Assembly: GCA_902492555.1 (NCBI GenBank)
Contig: CABUMH010000001.1
Coordinates: 40,960 to 104,959 of the forward strand
Origin: an uncultured Eisenbergiella sp.
GTDB lineage: Bacteria > Bacillota > Clostridia > Lachnospirales > Lachnospiraceae
Length of the DNA stretch: 64,000 bases
Direction: 5' to 3'
Of this stretch, positions 30,406 through 40,392 are shown one piece after another. Every line of letters begins with the position of its first letter. Position 1 is the stretch's first letter. Under the pieces are notes generated by a model. It was not told the DNA's origin. It searched no databases and saw only the letters and a program-made list of their open reading frames with translations. The position numbers and the translations under genes were made by a program.

Positions 30406-33400
30406 ATAATATGTATTAGGATACATTGTTTTATTCTTGAAGTACCAGTCGACATACTCTATCTCATTTACATTATGAAGATTATGATTAATAATTTTGC
30501 AGTATTCTCCAGTGCATAAATAAATTATATCTAAATTTTTTTGCAGAATTTCCGTGGCTTGTCGTATATCAGTTTTTATAATATATAAAACGGCAAGCAG
30601 ATTGTTCAAAAGATATGATGTTCTACCATGTACAATTAAGTGCGCATCCAATTGCCCTTGAAACAGCTCAGTATATATATCGTCAACAAATGGATTTAAC
30701 TGAGATAATTTATTAAACTCGGGAATAGAAATATATTTTAGAAGGTGACAGTAAGCTTTTCGTATTGAAGCTTTAAATGCTTCACTTAAAATTCCGTGTT
30801 TTTTTAAATCATTTTCAAGCCGTTCTAATTCTTGGATAGCATTATTATAATCCTTTTCCAGAATTGCTTGTAAAAAGATAATGTCTATTTCGCTTAATGT
30901 CTTTCTTCTATAATCAATATGTGCTGAAAAATTTTTAAAGCAATTCTTCTCAAGTTTTAGAGCCATTTGAGGATTCTGGATTCCAATTCCTCTAGCATAA
31001 TCCATGTCCCATTCTAAAAGCATAGAATCGTATTTGGAAGAATATCTACACTTAGGAATAGATAAATGATATTTATGATAATCGTCATAGTATTGTTTGG
31101 CTAAATCATAATTTCCTACAAGAAAATATATCATCATAATACGGTTCATGCAGGTCGAATACGCAATGCGAATTTGTTGTGACGTTAAATTATTTTCATC
31201 ATATATTTTTTGGATGCAATTTGAAAGATCATATTTTAAGACAATAGCTATTTCTATTAAGTCCTCTATTTCAAAGCGGCTATATTTATTATTAATTAAT
31301 TCTGCAGACGCTCGTAAATATAATATAGAATCTTTTGGAGTGTTATTTTTTATATAGGAAAATACATCTATTGCTCTCCTCTGCGAATCACAATGGATTA
31401 AAGAAATTCCAAAATAAAATAAAGCTTCCAATGCATTATTGGAACTTGAAGGTCGACTCAGCATATCAAAACAAAATATTTCTCCATAAAGCATCGCTTT
31501 TTTGTAATAACCTTTATTTATGTACTCTGTTATCTTTTCTTTAAATTCAATTTTCAGATTTTTATACATATCAATATCATATTGTATTAATAAAGCCTGT
31601 ACTTGAATTGTATCTAGTAATGGATCTAGAGAAAAATTTTTTAACATTAAATGCAAAATGCTTGCCATTTTCTTATCAGGTTGAATTTGAGCATTTGTAT
31701 TTAAATAGGTATAATAAAAATAATCATAACATGGCAAATAGCGATTATCATAAGAAATAAGATACCCCCTAGTGCATAAAGAATCCAAAGTACTTTCATT
31801 AAATTTTAAAGCATGTAGAAGTTTTTTGCTAACACCCTTTTGAAAGTGATAAATTATATTAATAATAGCTTTCTCTTCTTTCAATAGATCAAAATCAAGA
31901 TTTGTAAGATGATTATTAGTAATTTGGAGAATATAATTATTTATATTATTGGCCGGAAGTTTTGATTGCGAATTGTTTTGTATAAATAATATTAATTCAC
32001 TAAGTAGTTGGGGCTGTTTTGGCATACTTAAAATGGTAGATTTATATGATAAATAAGTCATATCAATTAAATTTGCTTTTAGACTTTCAATAATATCATC
32101 CGTATTCATACCTTTCAATTCATATGACAAAATATATTTTTTAGATTTAAAGTATTCACCTGAAAAAAGTAGTATAGAATTACTATATCCATTTTTCAGT
32201 TGCAATAATATCATATTAAAAACAGTCTTTTCTTCTTTGGTAAATAAGTGAATATCATCTAAAAACAAGATATGTCGTCTTGCAAATCGAGAGTTCTTTA
32301 TTATTCTTACAATTTTATTTTTACTTAAAAATAAAATTGTTTTTTGTGCAAGAGACGGATCGATACACCCATCAAAGAAATCCTCCAGTAGATTATCTGA
32401 GAGAATATTGTCAATATTGTTTTTTAGTAGCAAGTATTTATATGAAGTATAGAAATTTTTATCACCATGTTCAAAAATAAATCCATAATTAATAAACATT
32501 ATAGCGCGGCATAGTTTCACGGAATTTATACCGGGATAATATAATTTTTCACACTGTATAACATGCACTACATATAAAGAACTGAATTCTTTGGCTAGTT
32601 CTTTCATTAGGAATGTTTTTCCATATCCTAACTTCCCTTTTAAAAATATTAAGTGGGCAACATTATCGGGCAAATTCTGCAGTGTACGATATATCTCAAT
32701 TTTAATTTTTTCTTGCTGAGAATAAACAATTTGTGGATTTTTATTACATATAATTTTTACGTCTAAAGCATATCGTAAAATACTACCATTTTGCAACTGA
32801 AATTCTAAAGTAATTGGTTCAGTATTTGTACGAACTAGTTTAACTAGTACATGTCTTTGGTGTAAACCAGGGTTGAGATTAAAGGTTGTATCTTCTAAGA
32901 AAGTTAGGGGATAATTAAGGTTTTCTTTAATCATTACTTTTTCTTTCGTATTGCAAGATAATGTAATTTTTAAATCATATATATCTCCACAAATAAATTC
33001 TGCTTCAGTATAGGAACTTACGAAATGAGCATCTAATCGGCTGGTTAATGTTATATCTTCAATACATACAGCTTCCTCAATTTCTGTATGTGATAGTTTT
33101 TCACCAAAAAAGTATTCATATTTTTCGGGATGGATGATCAACCAATATTCTAGTTGTTTACGCGTAATACCAATAACATTAAAGCCGCATTTTCTTCCGA
33201 CTTCATTCATACGATTATTTATAGTATGGGGTATAGTTCCATTAGTTATTATGAAGACTAATTTTACCTTTCCATCTAAAAAACCGGATATCATGGTAGG
33301 GTCAATATCTTGTCTTCGTAAAGATGTCGAATTTTTCTTATATTTTGCTTCTCCCCAAATATTATCTAAAATAATAGATGTAAAATCTCTATTACCATCC

Positions 33401-33534
33401 CAAGAACTTTTTGTTCTTTCCCATGAGTATTGCTTGTAGGTGCTCGATAAATATGATATAGCCAATTCTTCAAAAAAGGTACCAGCTAACTTATTGTTTC
33501 CTTTTCTTATATAAAGTTTAGCCCAATCAAACAT
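30385..33534 (-). CDS. Avs-like antiviral STAND NTPase: N-terminal Mrr-like PD-(D/E)xK nuclease-like domain, central P-loop NTPase, C-terminal TPR-like repeats
   Basis: N-terminal …WDGNRDFTSIILDNIWGEAKYKK (D…EAK); Walker A LKGKLGYGKTFL about residue 300; Walker B ILFLDDIHLF; about 600-aa helical repeat C-terminus. Confidence 0.6.
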   Translation of the reverse strand: MFDWAKLYIRKGNNKLAGTFFEELAISYLSSTYKQYSWERTKSSWDGNRDFTSIILDNIWGEAKYKKNSTSLRRQDIDPTMISGFLDGKVKLVFIITNGTIPHTINNRMNEVGRKCGFNVIGITRKQLEYWLIIHPEKYEYFFGEKLSHTEIEEAVCIEDITLTSRLDAHFVSSYTEAEFICGDIYDLKITLSCNTKEKVMIKENLNYPLTFLEDTTFNLNPGLHQRHVLVKLVRTNTEPITLEFQLQNGSILRYALDVKIICNKNPQIVYSQQEKIKIEIYRTLQNLPDNVAHLIFLKGKLGYGKTFLMKELAKEFSSLYVVHVIQCEKLYYPGINSVKLCRAIMFINYGFIFEHGDKNFYTSYKYLLLKNNIDNILSDNLLEDFFDGCIDPSLAQKTILFLSKNKIVRIIKNSRFARRHILFLDDIHLFTKEEKTVFNMILLQLKNGYSNSILLFSGEYFKSKKYILSYELKGMNTDDIIESLKANLIDMTYLSYKSTILSMPKQPQLLSELILFIQNNSQSKLPANNINNYILQITNNHLTNLDFDLLKEEKAIINIIYHFQKGVSKKLLHALKFNESTLDSLCTRGYLISYDNRYLPCYDYFYYTYLNTNAQIQPDKKMASILHLMLKNFSLDPLLDTIQVQALLIQYDIDMYKNLKIEFKEKITEYINKGYYKKAMLYGEIFCFDMLSRPSSSNNALEALFYFGISLIHCDSQRRAIDVFSYIKNNTPKDSILYLRASAELINNKYSRFEIEDLIEIAIVLKYDLSNCIQKIYDENNLTSQQIRIAYSTCMNRIMMIYFLVGNYDLAKQYYDDYHKYHLSIPKCRYSSKYDSMLLEWDMDYARGIGIQNPQMALKLEKNCFKNFSAHIDYRRKTLSEIDIIFLQAILEKDYNNAIQELERLENDLKKHGILSEAFKASIRKAYCHLLKYISIPEFNKLSQLNPFVDDIYTELFQGQLDAHLIVHGRTSYLLNNLLAVLYIIKTDIRQATEILQKNLDIIYLCTGEYCKIINHNLHNVNEIEYVDWYFKNKTMYPNTYYLDIRVW

Positions 33535-33858
33535 TGTATTTCTCCAAAAAATATAAAGGATAACTGCATATTATCCTGCATTTATCCACAACTCTACTAC
33601 AATTTATCCACTATTTCCACAATATATCTGTCAACCAGCAGTTCTGTCCGGAAATTCATCAATGGTCTAAAGCATCCCATATGCTCCAGACAAACTCCAT
33701 CCGTCACTCCAGATATTCCTGTTTCAATTCATCGATAACATTAAATGGAAATATTTCCGAGCACCCATCGGGAATTTCCTCCAACTGGGATACGAATCCC
33801 TTTACCAGTTCCACGGCCTCCCTGCTCTTCCTCCATACTCCTCAACGGAAATATTTAA

Positions 33859-35373
33859 TTACTTTATATTCAGAAGTGACTCAGTCCACTTTATCCGGGT
33901 TCCAATTTGCGTTCCTGATGCATCTACCAGTATCACTTTTATATTTTTGGTCCTGCTCACCTTCAGCTTATCACCAATAAGTCCGGCTTCCTCTTCTTCT
34001 GTCTTTCCATCAAACAGTCTCACAACAATCAATCGTTTGCCATCCACGTCAATCAGGGTCCTGAGAATTCCATTTATATGCTCATCATCTGTCCCAAATC
34101 CAAATCCTGCAACTACAACTGCATCGGACTGCTGCCACATCCGGAAAGTATCAACATACTGTACTGACATGTCTATGGATGTCATCGGTTTGGTACCGCT
34201 CTGCGTAAACATCAGCGGGACGAGAAGGTGGCTTTCTGCTGCATTCAGGCTGCTCTTCTCCCCGATCCGGTTAAGATACGGGTCGTACCACATTTCGGTT
34301 GAACCATTTAGGTAAGCAACCTGTTGTCCGACAATCTTCTGGATAAACGTATTATAATTTGTCGTGGCAATGGCGGATACCTCAAACTTACCATCGTCTA
34401 TCGCCTTTTTGAGCAGATTATAATATCCGTCGCTTTTGGTAAGATCTGCCTGAGCCGCACTGGAAAGGATATAACTTCTGACAGTCAGCAGGAAAATGCT
34501 GATCTTGCAGAACTTGGCCCAGTCCGAAGAAGGGCTGTATAAATAATGCCAGTTTGTATCAATCAGGGATTTATAGTCCAATACGGACGCGTATATATCT
34601 TCCATGATCGTCTGGGCAAGATACAGGATTTTTCCGCTGTCGGTCTTTTTGTCAGGCTCCCGCATTTCCATCAGATATTCCATTCCGATGATCCCCGAGG
34701 CAGAATAATTCAGCTGGATAATCTCTCCCAGATCATCAAACACATCTATGTCATCATCTTTTTTCTGGAAAATTCCATCATTTATTTTTCTTGTCAGTTC
34801 TTCGCTTAACGCTCCTATCTGAAGCTGAAGGATGGAAAGGATGATTTTACGAAATTCAGGCCGGTCCTGGATATCCATGATACCTTTATTCTTATAAATC
34901 AGCAGAAAAGCAGCAAAATAGGAATTATGGAAAAGCTGGTTTCCTTCAGCAAACTCACTGATAAAGGCAACACTCTGATTCATATGCAGATTGTCCAGTC
35001 TCCTCTTCAGCAGTCTTTCCATAACTTCTTTACTGTCGATCCCTTCCTTCTGCAGTTTATCCGCAGCTTTCCGGGCAGTTTCATCAAAAGCGTTCAGTTT
35101 CTGAACGATATGGCTCCGCTTATGTTCCACCGTATCCTTGATAATATTCTGAAATACGCTTTTGCCAAAAGAGCTTATGCTCCGTCCCATGTAATCACGC
35201 GGAAGCCAGTTTGAGGCATAAGTAGTTGTAGAATCAACTGAATCCCGCATGGCTTTGAATTCTTTTTTACTTTCCGTCGTATCCTGCCTGAAAATATCCA
35301 GGGCAAATTTCCCTCCGGAAGGAAGCCCATAACCAACCTCCGCTCCAGCGCCAAATAAAAAGCCGTATCTCAT
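33859..35373 (-). CDS. SIR2-family (NAD-dependent) defence-type protein
   Basis: FLFGAGAEVGYGLPSGG (GAGxS-like), ATTNYNTFI (TTNYD-like), YLNGST (HLHGS-like); GGAGGAGG RBS before ATG at 35373 (ORF opens at 35445). Confidence 0.6.
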   Translation of the reverse strand: MRYGFLFGAGAEVGYGLPSGGKFALDIFRQDTTESKKEFKAMRDSVDSTTTYASNWLPRDYMGRSISSFGKSVFQNIIKDTVEHKRSHIVQKLNAFDETARKAADKLQKEGIDSKEVMERLLKRRLDNLHMNQSVAFISEFAEGNQLFHNSYFAAFLLIYKNKGIMDIQDRPEFRKIILSILQLQIGALSEELTRKINDGIFQKKDDDIDVFDDLGEIIQLNYSASGIIGMEYLMEMREPDKKTDSGKILYLAQTIMEDIYASVLDYKSLIDTNWHYLYSPSSDWAKFCKISIFLLTVRSYILSSAAQADLTKSDGYYNLLKKAIDDGKFEVSAIATTNYNTFIQKIVGQQVAYLNGSTEMWYDPYLNRIGEKSSLNAAESHLLVPLMFTQSGTKPMTSIDMSVQYVDTFRMWQQSDAVVVAGFGFGTDDEHINGILRTLIDVDGKRLIVVRLFDGKTEEEEAGLIGDKLKVSRTKNIKVILVDASGTQIGTRIKWTESLLNIK

Positions 35374-35554
35374 GGTACAGTTTCCTCCTCCGCCCGGTTT
35401 TCTTCCTTTTTTTATCATAACATATCCAGTTTTACGAATCAACAAATATTATTATTGCGTACACACAACCGATCAAATTCATCGCGCAACACTCTGTTAT
35501 GGACAAATATGTTGTATCACCACATAATAAGGGCAAAAAAGGAGGAGCATCCAT

Positions 35555-36523
35555 ATGCAACCTATCACAGAACTCATCAACGAATATCTCGCCTACTGTA
35601 AATCCCCCAAAAAGCTGGATAAAAAGACCATTAAGGCTTACCGGATCGATCTGGCACAGTTTATCAGGTTCTCCTCCAGCTTTGACTCTCCGTTTTCAAT
35701 CGACTGCATCAGGGAGCATATCAAATATCTGCAGTCAACCTTTGTTTCCAGTACCTCAAAAAGGAAAATCGCCTCCGTAAAGGCTTTTTTCTTCTATCTG
35801 GAGGAAATGAAGATTCTTCCGATTGAAAAAAACCCTTTCCACTTAATAAAAATGAAATATAAGGAGCCCAGGAAACTTCCGGCCACCATTCCGACCAATA
35901 TTCTGATCAGGCTCTTCCGCTCTTTATATTCTGAACTTTCTGATGCCAAAACACCTTATGCCAAAAAGGCGGCCGCAAGAAATGTCGCCGTTGTAGAACT
36001 GCTTTTTGCTACCGGTATGCGCATTTCAGAACTCTGCTGCCTGGTACCTGAGCAGCTTGATCTTTACGGTCAGTCTGTGCGTATCTGGGGAAAAGGGGCA
36101 AGAGAACGTATTATTCCAATTGAAAATCAGGATGTGCTGAAAGCGTTGCAATATTATATTTCACTGCATACAGAAGAAATTCAGAAATGCGGCTATCTAT
36201 TCGTTAACGGCAGAGGGACGCGGTATTCCGAGCAGTCTGCCAGAAACATGATCCGCCATCACAGAGATGCCTGCAATATTTCCCTGCGGATCATCCCACA
36301 CATGTTTCGGCACACTTTCGCTACCTCTTTTGTAGATGCGGATGTGGATATCCGGGTAATACAGATATTAATGGGGCATAGTTCCATAAAGACTACGGAA
36401 ATATATACCGAAGTCTCTACTGCCAAAAAGAGAAAAGTCATTGCCCAAAAGCATTTAAGGAATGACATTCATTCTGAAATCCGATCCCCTTTCTCTGCTG
36501 ATATTAAAGCCGCTAATTTATAA
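35555..36523 (+). CDS. tyrosine site-specific recombinase/integrase (XerC/XerD family)
   Basis: N-terminal SAM-like domain; C-terminal …HMFRHTFATSF…LMGHSSIKTTEIYTEV with R-H-R-Y catalytic pattern. Confidence 0.85.
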   Translation: MQPITELINEYLAYCKSPKKLDKKTIKAYRIDLAQFIRFSSSFDSPFSIDCIREHIKYLQSTFVSSTSKRKIASVKAFFFYLEEMKILPIEKNPFHLIKMKYKEPRKLPATIPTNILIRLFRSLYSELSDAKTPYAKKAAARNVAVVELLFATGMRISELCCLVPEQLDLYGQSVRIWGKGARERIIPIENQDVLKALQYYISLHTEEIQKCGYLFVNGRGTRYSEQSARNMIRHHRDACNISLRIIPHMFRHTFATSFVDADVDIRVIQILMGHSSIKTTEIYTEVSTAKKRKVIAQKHLRNDIHSEIRSPFSADIKAANL

Positions 36524-36531
36524 TATTATTT

Positions 36532-36560
36532 CAGGCCGGCAGATTCATTTGCCGGCCTGA
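36532..36560. terminator. bidirectional stem-loop terminator between convergent genes
   Basis: CAGGCCGGCA-gattcattt-GCCGGCCTG between the stops at 36523 (+) and 36545 (-). Confidence 0.6.
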
Positions 36561-36883
36561 GATAATTCAAAAAGTTTATTGTCAAGCTTTTTTATTTCTC
36601 TTTTTGCCCGAAATAGATGAATCAAAAAGAAAAGGGTGAAAAAAAGAAGAAGAAGTCCCGGAAGGAGAAGATGCGAAACCCAGAAAATAACCGGGCTTTG
36701 ATAATCATTCAACTGTGGCAGATCCTGAATCAACCGGAAACATGAAAAGCCAAAAAAGGCACCTATGAATGTTCCCATCATTATCTGGATGGACTTATAC
36801 ATATTCTTTTCAGTCTTTTTCTTATCCTGAAGCACTCTTATTTCGAACTTTATATTTTCTGGTCCTTCCATTTTTTCCTCCAT
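36545..36883 (-). CDS. small membrane protein (2 predicted TM helices), hypothetical
   Basis: hydrophobic stretches IMMGTFIGAFFGF and HLLLPGLLLLFFTLFFLIHLF. Confidence 0.45.
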   Translation of the reverse strand: MEEKMEGPENIKFEIRVLQDKKKTEKNMYKSIQIMMGTFIGAFFGFSCFRLIQDLPQLNDYQSPVIFWVSHLLLPGLLLLFFTLFFLIHLFRAKREIKKLDNKLFELSQAGK

Positions 36884-37078
36884 CGTATCAACTGCACTCA
36901 GAGCATTCTCTCCGATCCATGTCAGGAGTTATCCTGCAACAAATATTCCTCAAATGATTCTTCAACCTATAATAAGATAAATCCGAAATTTTTGCAATTA
37001 GTTACTGCAACATTTGGCATTTTTAGGAATGAGGAACCCAATAATTCTCCATACAAACTCCTGAATAGAAAAAGCTAT

Positions 37079-37276
37079 TTATCTCCATTGCTTCGGGTAA
37101 AAATTAAATTCATTTTTTATTAATTCTTCTTTCATCCTTTTTATTATCTCACTGCTCGGGATCTGCATTATTCTGCTGATATCTCCCTCCTTTGGGGGAT
37201 ATTCCCGGATCAGCTGCCCCATAACCTCTGGCAATGTCTCTCCAATCAAATCCGCCACATGATCTCCACACTCCAT
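37079..37276 (-). CDS. small hypothetical protein
   Basis: 65-aa ORF only. Confidence 0.25.
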   Translation of the reverse strand: MECGDHVADLIGETLPEVMGQLIREYPPKEGDISRIMQIPSSEIIKRMKEELIKNEFNFYPKQWR

Positions 37277-37413
37277 ATTCCCAATTTCCTTTCCTGACTA
37301 TGATATTAAATCATAATATATTTCTTTTTCTATATCAATATCACATTGATACTCTGATCTTCTTATAAATGGAGAACCCACCCAGCAGGGCGGGTTCTTC
37401 ACTTATAGCAAAA

Positions 37414-37848
37414 TCAGAGTAATTTTTTCAGCTTAGCCAGGATCTTGTCCCTGCTTTTCCGCAGGGTTTTCCTTGGGATCCTTGCCCTACGGGACAGTTC
37501 TGACAGAGACAGGCACTCATAATACAACGCATAGATCAAAGAAAGTTCTTCCTCTGTCAGAGTATTCAGAGCTTTTCTGAGTCTTTCTTTCAGAACAGTC
37601 TGTATCGCCTGTTCTTCCACATCTTCATCATCTGGCATGGATCTCTCCCGCTCCGACACTTCTTCCCAGGATACTTCCTGCGGAGGAATATAGATCTCTT
37701 GCCCGCTCTTCGGATCCTTCCTTATTCTCCCGAATTTCAGATCCTTAAAGAAATACCGGTCCTTTCTCTCATATTTATAAAAGTCCTGATAGACAGCCCT
37801 TGAAACCTCGATCCGGACGCCATCCAAATATATATAATACATATTCAT
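37414..37848 (-). CDS. sigma-70 region-4-type HTH transcriptional regulator (CTn-type sigma-like factor)
   Basis: C-terminal …LTEEELSLIYALYYECLSLSELSRRARIPRKTLRKSRDKILAKLK…. Confidence 0.6.
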   Translation of the reverse strand: MNMYYIYLDGVRIEVSRAVYQDFYKYERKDRYFFKDLKFGRIRKDPKSGQEIYIPPQEVSWEEVSERERSMPDDEDVEEQAIQTVLKERLRKALNTLTEEELSLIYALYYECLSLSELSRRARIPRKTLRKSRDKILAKLKKLL

Positions 37849-38427
37849 TCCACCTCATTCTTCTGTAAATCATCTACTGCCAAATCCTCAAAAGCCAATC
37901 TTGTTCAGATTTTCAAACCGCAATGAGGCGGGGACCTGGCTCTACCTTCATGCCAGAAAAAGCGAAAGGCTGAACCATCCAGTCCAGAATACTTATTTTG
38001 ACTACAAAAATGGGGTAGTAACTGACTTTTCCGCAAATAAAAAACAGCCCCACCATCTTTTTCCAATGATGAGACTGTCCCCCCGAAAAGCAGAAAAAAA
38101 TCCGTCATCCGGTGACCCCATTTTCTTATTCTATTTTTTCAAAGTAAGGTTACTGCAGAATCTTATCTTACAGAAAATACAATTTAGAAAACTACTTTCC
38201 CCGTCCTACCTAACAAAACGGGCCGCACAAAGCAGCCCGTCTTTCTTCAATCCGTATCCTGTTCCAGATCGATCTGATCCAGTTCTTCCTCCGTTACCGG
38301 CGGATATCCCTTTTCCTCCCGGAGTTTATTTCCCTCCTCCAGGATCGTCTTCCGTACAAATTCATCAAATGCCTTCATTTTTTCCAATTCAGCGTTGGAT
38401 ACGTTTTCGCCCATACCGATCCCCCAA

Positions 38428-38655
38428 TTATAATTCGTTTTCTTTCTTCATGGACTCCAGGAATTCCTTCACCGTCTTTCCGGATGTCCTGATCTCCTCA
38501 TACAGAAGCTTCAAATCCGCCTCCTCTTTCATCTGGTTCAGTTCCTTCCTTCTGGCTTTCATTCCCTTCAGTTCTTCTTCCTTTTGGGAAATATCCGCCT
38601 CCAGATACGCCAGTTCTTCCTCAATCGTCATGTTTTTCTTTCTTCTTCCTGCCAT
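38428..38655 (-). CDS. small coiled-coil protein, hypothetical
   Basis: 75-aa charged helical ORF. Confidence 0.35.
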   Translation of the reverse strand: MAGRRKKNMTIEEELAYLEADISQKEEELKGMKARRKELNQMKEEADLKLLYEEIRTSGKTVKEFLESMKKENEL

Positions 38656-39295
38656 GGTCTACCTCCTGAATGTATTGATATTTGAAGCATAGCACATTCC
38701 GATTCCGCTGTCCATAAGCGGACAGTCAGGAAATGGAAAACCAGACTATTGCATTGGAACTTCTATCCATTTTTATTTTACTATCCCGCTCTTTTCCCTT
38801 CAATCCGGTTATTCCATCTTTCTGTCAGGCAGGGAATCATGTTCCGAACCAGAAAGCAGGAAATTCTTGACGGCGCCGGTATTTCGTATTATATTGAAAC
38901 TGTAATCATGATTTCTGTGCGTATCAGTATTATACTGAATCGGCGTATAACCGAATTGCACACGCTGTTAAATTTGTACGTCAGTAAGTGTTTCTGCCCT
39001 TATGCAGAGAAATACTGGCTTTTTTATTTCTTTATTTTGAGAGAATGGACCCGGTCTGCAAAAGCAGGCAGCATGATCATCGGGCGCATTCTCTTTTTTT
39101 TGTCTGAAAAGCAGCAGCTTTCAGAATAAATATCCCGCCGCAATGCGGCAGAAAGAGAGGAGCCAATGAAAAGAAAACAGAACAATCTCAGAAACCAGGA
39201 GAAAAACTGGAGACAGAAGGTCTCCCGGATCCGGCGGCAAAGTTCGCAGGCCAGACGACGGTGTTACCGCCGGGGACCAGTGGCGAGGATGCGCC

Positions 39296-40366
39296 ATGGA
39301 TGATACCAGAAAAAGATATACCCCCGGTGTCCTTGTGGATACCGCCTCCCTGTCCAGGGAAGAATGGCTGGATTTCAGGCGGAAAGGGATCGGCGGCAGC
39401 GACGTGGCTGCCATATTCGGGATCTCGCCCTTTCATACCGGAAGGGATATCTACTATGAAAAGACAGGTGTAACGAGCAGGGAGGATCAGCCTGACAACT
39501 GGGTAGCGCTGGAGGTCGGACACCTTCTGGAGAACCTGGTCGCACAGATTTTTTCCAGACAGACTGCGCTTCCGGTATATCAGAAGAAAAAGATGTTCTT
39601 CCATCCGGATTATCCTTTCATGCTGGCCGATCTGGATTATCTGACTACCATGCCGGACGGCCGGACAGCTATCCTGGAAATCAAAACGACCGGATATCAT
39701 GGCAGGAACCACTGGTGGAAAGACGGGAAGGAAACTGTCCCGGCCTATTATGAAACACAGGCGCGCCACTACATGGCCGTCATGGATATTGACGTGGTAT
39801 TTTTCTGCTGCCTGTACGGAAACAGCGAGGACCAGGTAATCATCCGCCGGCTGGACCGGGACCCTGATTACGAGGATGAACTGATTTTTCTGGAACAGGA
39901 TTTCTGGCACAGCCATGTGATTCCCAGGATCCCGCCTCCCTATACGGAAAACGGGGACCTTATTCTAAAAAGCCTGTCCACGTATGCCGGCCTTCCGGCA
40001 GACAACACAAACACCACCCTTCTATCCCCAGATGTATCCGGGATACTATCACAGTATCTATCCATTCAGGAGAAAAAAGAACAAATCGAATCCCAGTCCA
40101 GACAGCTTGAAAAGGAACTGAAGCGGCTGAAAGCGCTGCTCATTGCCGCCATGGGGCCTAACTGCTCCGCAGAATGCCTGGCAGATGGCAGCTCCTTCAC
40201 GATCACCTGCAAGCCTTCCTACCGGACTGGAATCCCAAAAGAAAATTTAAAACGGCTTCAGCTTCTCTATCCGGCCATTTACAGTCAGTTTGTCACTGTC
40301 ACAGAAAGCCGGCGTTTTATTGTCCGGCTGTCATCTGAAACAGAAGAAGACCCGGAAGCAGCTTAG
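39296..40366 (+). CDS. YqaJ-like (lambda-exonuclease/PD-(D/E)xK) recombination exonuclease
   Basis: SREEWLDFRRKGIGGSDVAAIFGISPFHTGRDIYYEKTG matches the YqaJ domain N-terminal signature. Confidence 0.7.
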   Translation: MDDTRKRYTPGVLVDTASLSREEWLDFRRKGIGGSDVAAIFGISPFHTGRDIYYEKTGVTSREDQPDNWVALEVGHLLENLVAQIFSRQTALPVYQKKKMFFHPDYPFMLADLDYLTTMPDGRTAILEIKTTGYHGRNHWWKDGKETVPAYYETQARHYMAVMDIDVVFFCCLYGNSEDQVIIRRLDRDPDYEDELIFLEQDFWHSHVIPRIPPPYTENGDLILKSLSTYAGLPADNTNTTLLSPDVSGILSQYLSIQEKKEQIESQSRQLEKELKRLKALLIAAMGPNCSAECLADGSSFTITCKPSYRTGIPKENLKRLQLLYPAIYSQFVTVTESRRFIVRLSSETEEDPEAA

Positions 40367-40392
40367 TGCAGAAGCCCGCACAGAAAGGAGCA

